Source: Amoebidium appalachense
Lineage: Eukaryota; Protista; Ichthyosporea
Length of the DNA: 64,000 nt
Direction of reading: 5' to 3'
Assembly: GCA_963693365.1 (NCBI GenBank)
Contig: CAVNZM010000008.1
Location: 496,001-560,000, forward strand
Shown: positions 57,526-64,000 of the stretch, in pieces
How positions within the stretch are numbered: the first letter of the stretch is position 1
How the letters are laid out: each line of letters opens with the position of its first letter
Notes under the pieces: model-generated
The model's database searches: none
Told to the model about the DNA's origin: nothing
Seen by the model: the letters and a program-made list of their open reading frames with translations, nothing else
Position numbers and translations under genes: made by a program

Positions 57526-58176
57526 CTCTTACGGATTAATTACAGTAGGGTAGAGGAACAATTAATTACACAGTCACCTAAATAATTCGGTTTAATGATG
57601 TCTCCGATACATTAAGGGTCCTCAGGAAAAGCATCCTGGTGCAAGGTTGGGTGTCGTGACTTCTTCATGTACATATTCATCGTAGTTGTGCAAGTAATCG
57701 TATCAACATACCAGTAAGACCTCGGAAAAAACAATTAATCATATGCTCGGAAGTAGTCTACACACATATGCAACTATTAGTATACAAACACCACCTATCT
57801 TAATTTGGAGATTGCCTTCTATCGTCAAGCAGACGTGTGTTAGTAACATGTAATTTCGTTAACAAACAGCGTCTTATAAGCCCATCGCAGGATGGTTAAA
57901 AATAGCAGCACTTCAAAAATCTGTGCATATATTTTAAATTTAACAAGAGGCCACTAGATCTACAACACAAAAAGGCCATAGAATCTCAATACGGAAAGCA
58001 ACCAATTATACTGCTAGGCATTACGTTGCATGATTTCAAATGTTTGGGCGGTGCAGCACACACACGTTCAAACACTTCTACCTCATTCGACTACATTCTG
58101 CCGTCTTCCTCGCGATTCCACGGCCACGTGTCACCCACGTGCCAACATTCGAAATATTCATTCGCGTGCACTTACG

Positions 58177-63958
<5,782 letters not shown>

Positions 63959-64000
63959 CTTTGTGCAATAGGGCGGCACATTCCAAAGTACGCGTCTAGC

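Overview
Intron-rich eukaryotic genomic DNA with very abundant poly-C/poly-G tracts and (CA)n microsatellites. Most entries in the ORF track are low-complexity artefacts. Manual exon stitching gives five genes. (1) A flavin-containing monooxygenase (minus strand, 3' end outside the window). (2) A ~30 kb plus-strand gene that fuses an AlkB-like 2OG-Fe(II) dioxygenase domain to a divergent SRA/YDG modified-base reader domain; this is the most interesting item. (3) A bacterial-type NagD/HAD-IIA phosphatase with four introns, a candidate horizontal transfer. (4) A Psh1-like RING/zinc-ribbon/acidic-tail E3 ligase, head-to-head with gene 3. (5) The 3' part of a GRIPAP1-like coiled-coil gene. The window also has several non-autonomous DNA transposons, including a hAT MITE nested in a Harbinger-like element, splice-junction-derived minisatellites and a tandem exon duplication. 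Gene content suggests a unicellular opisthokont, possibly an ichthyosporean-like holozoan (inference only). Family calls come from motif recognition by eye; no database searches were run.
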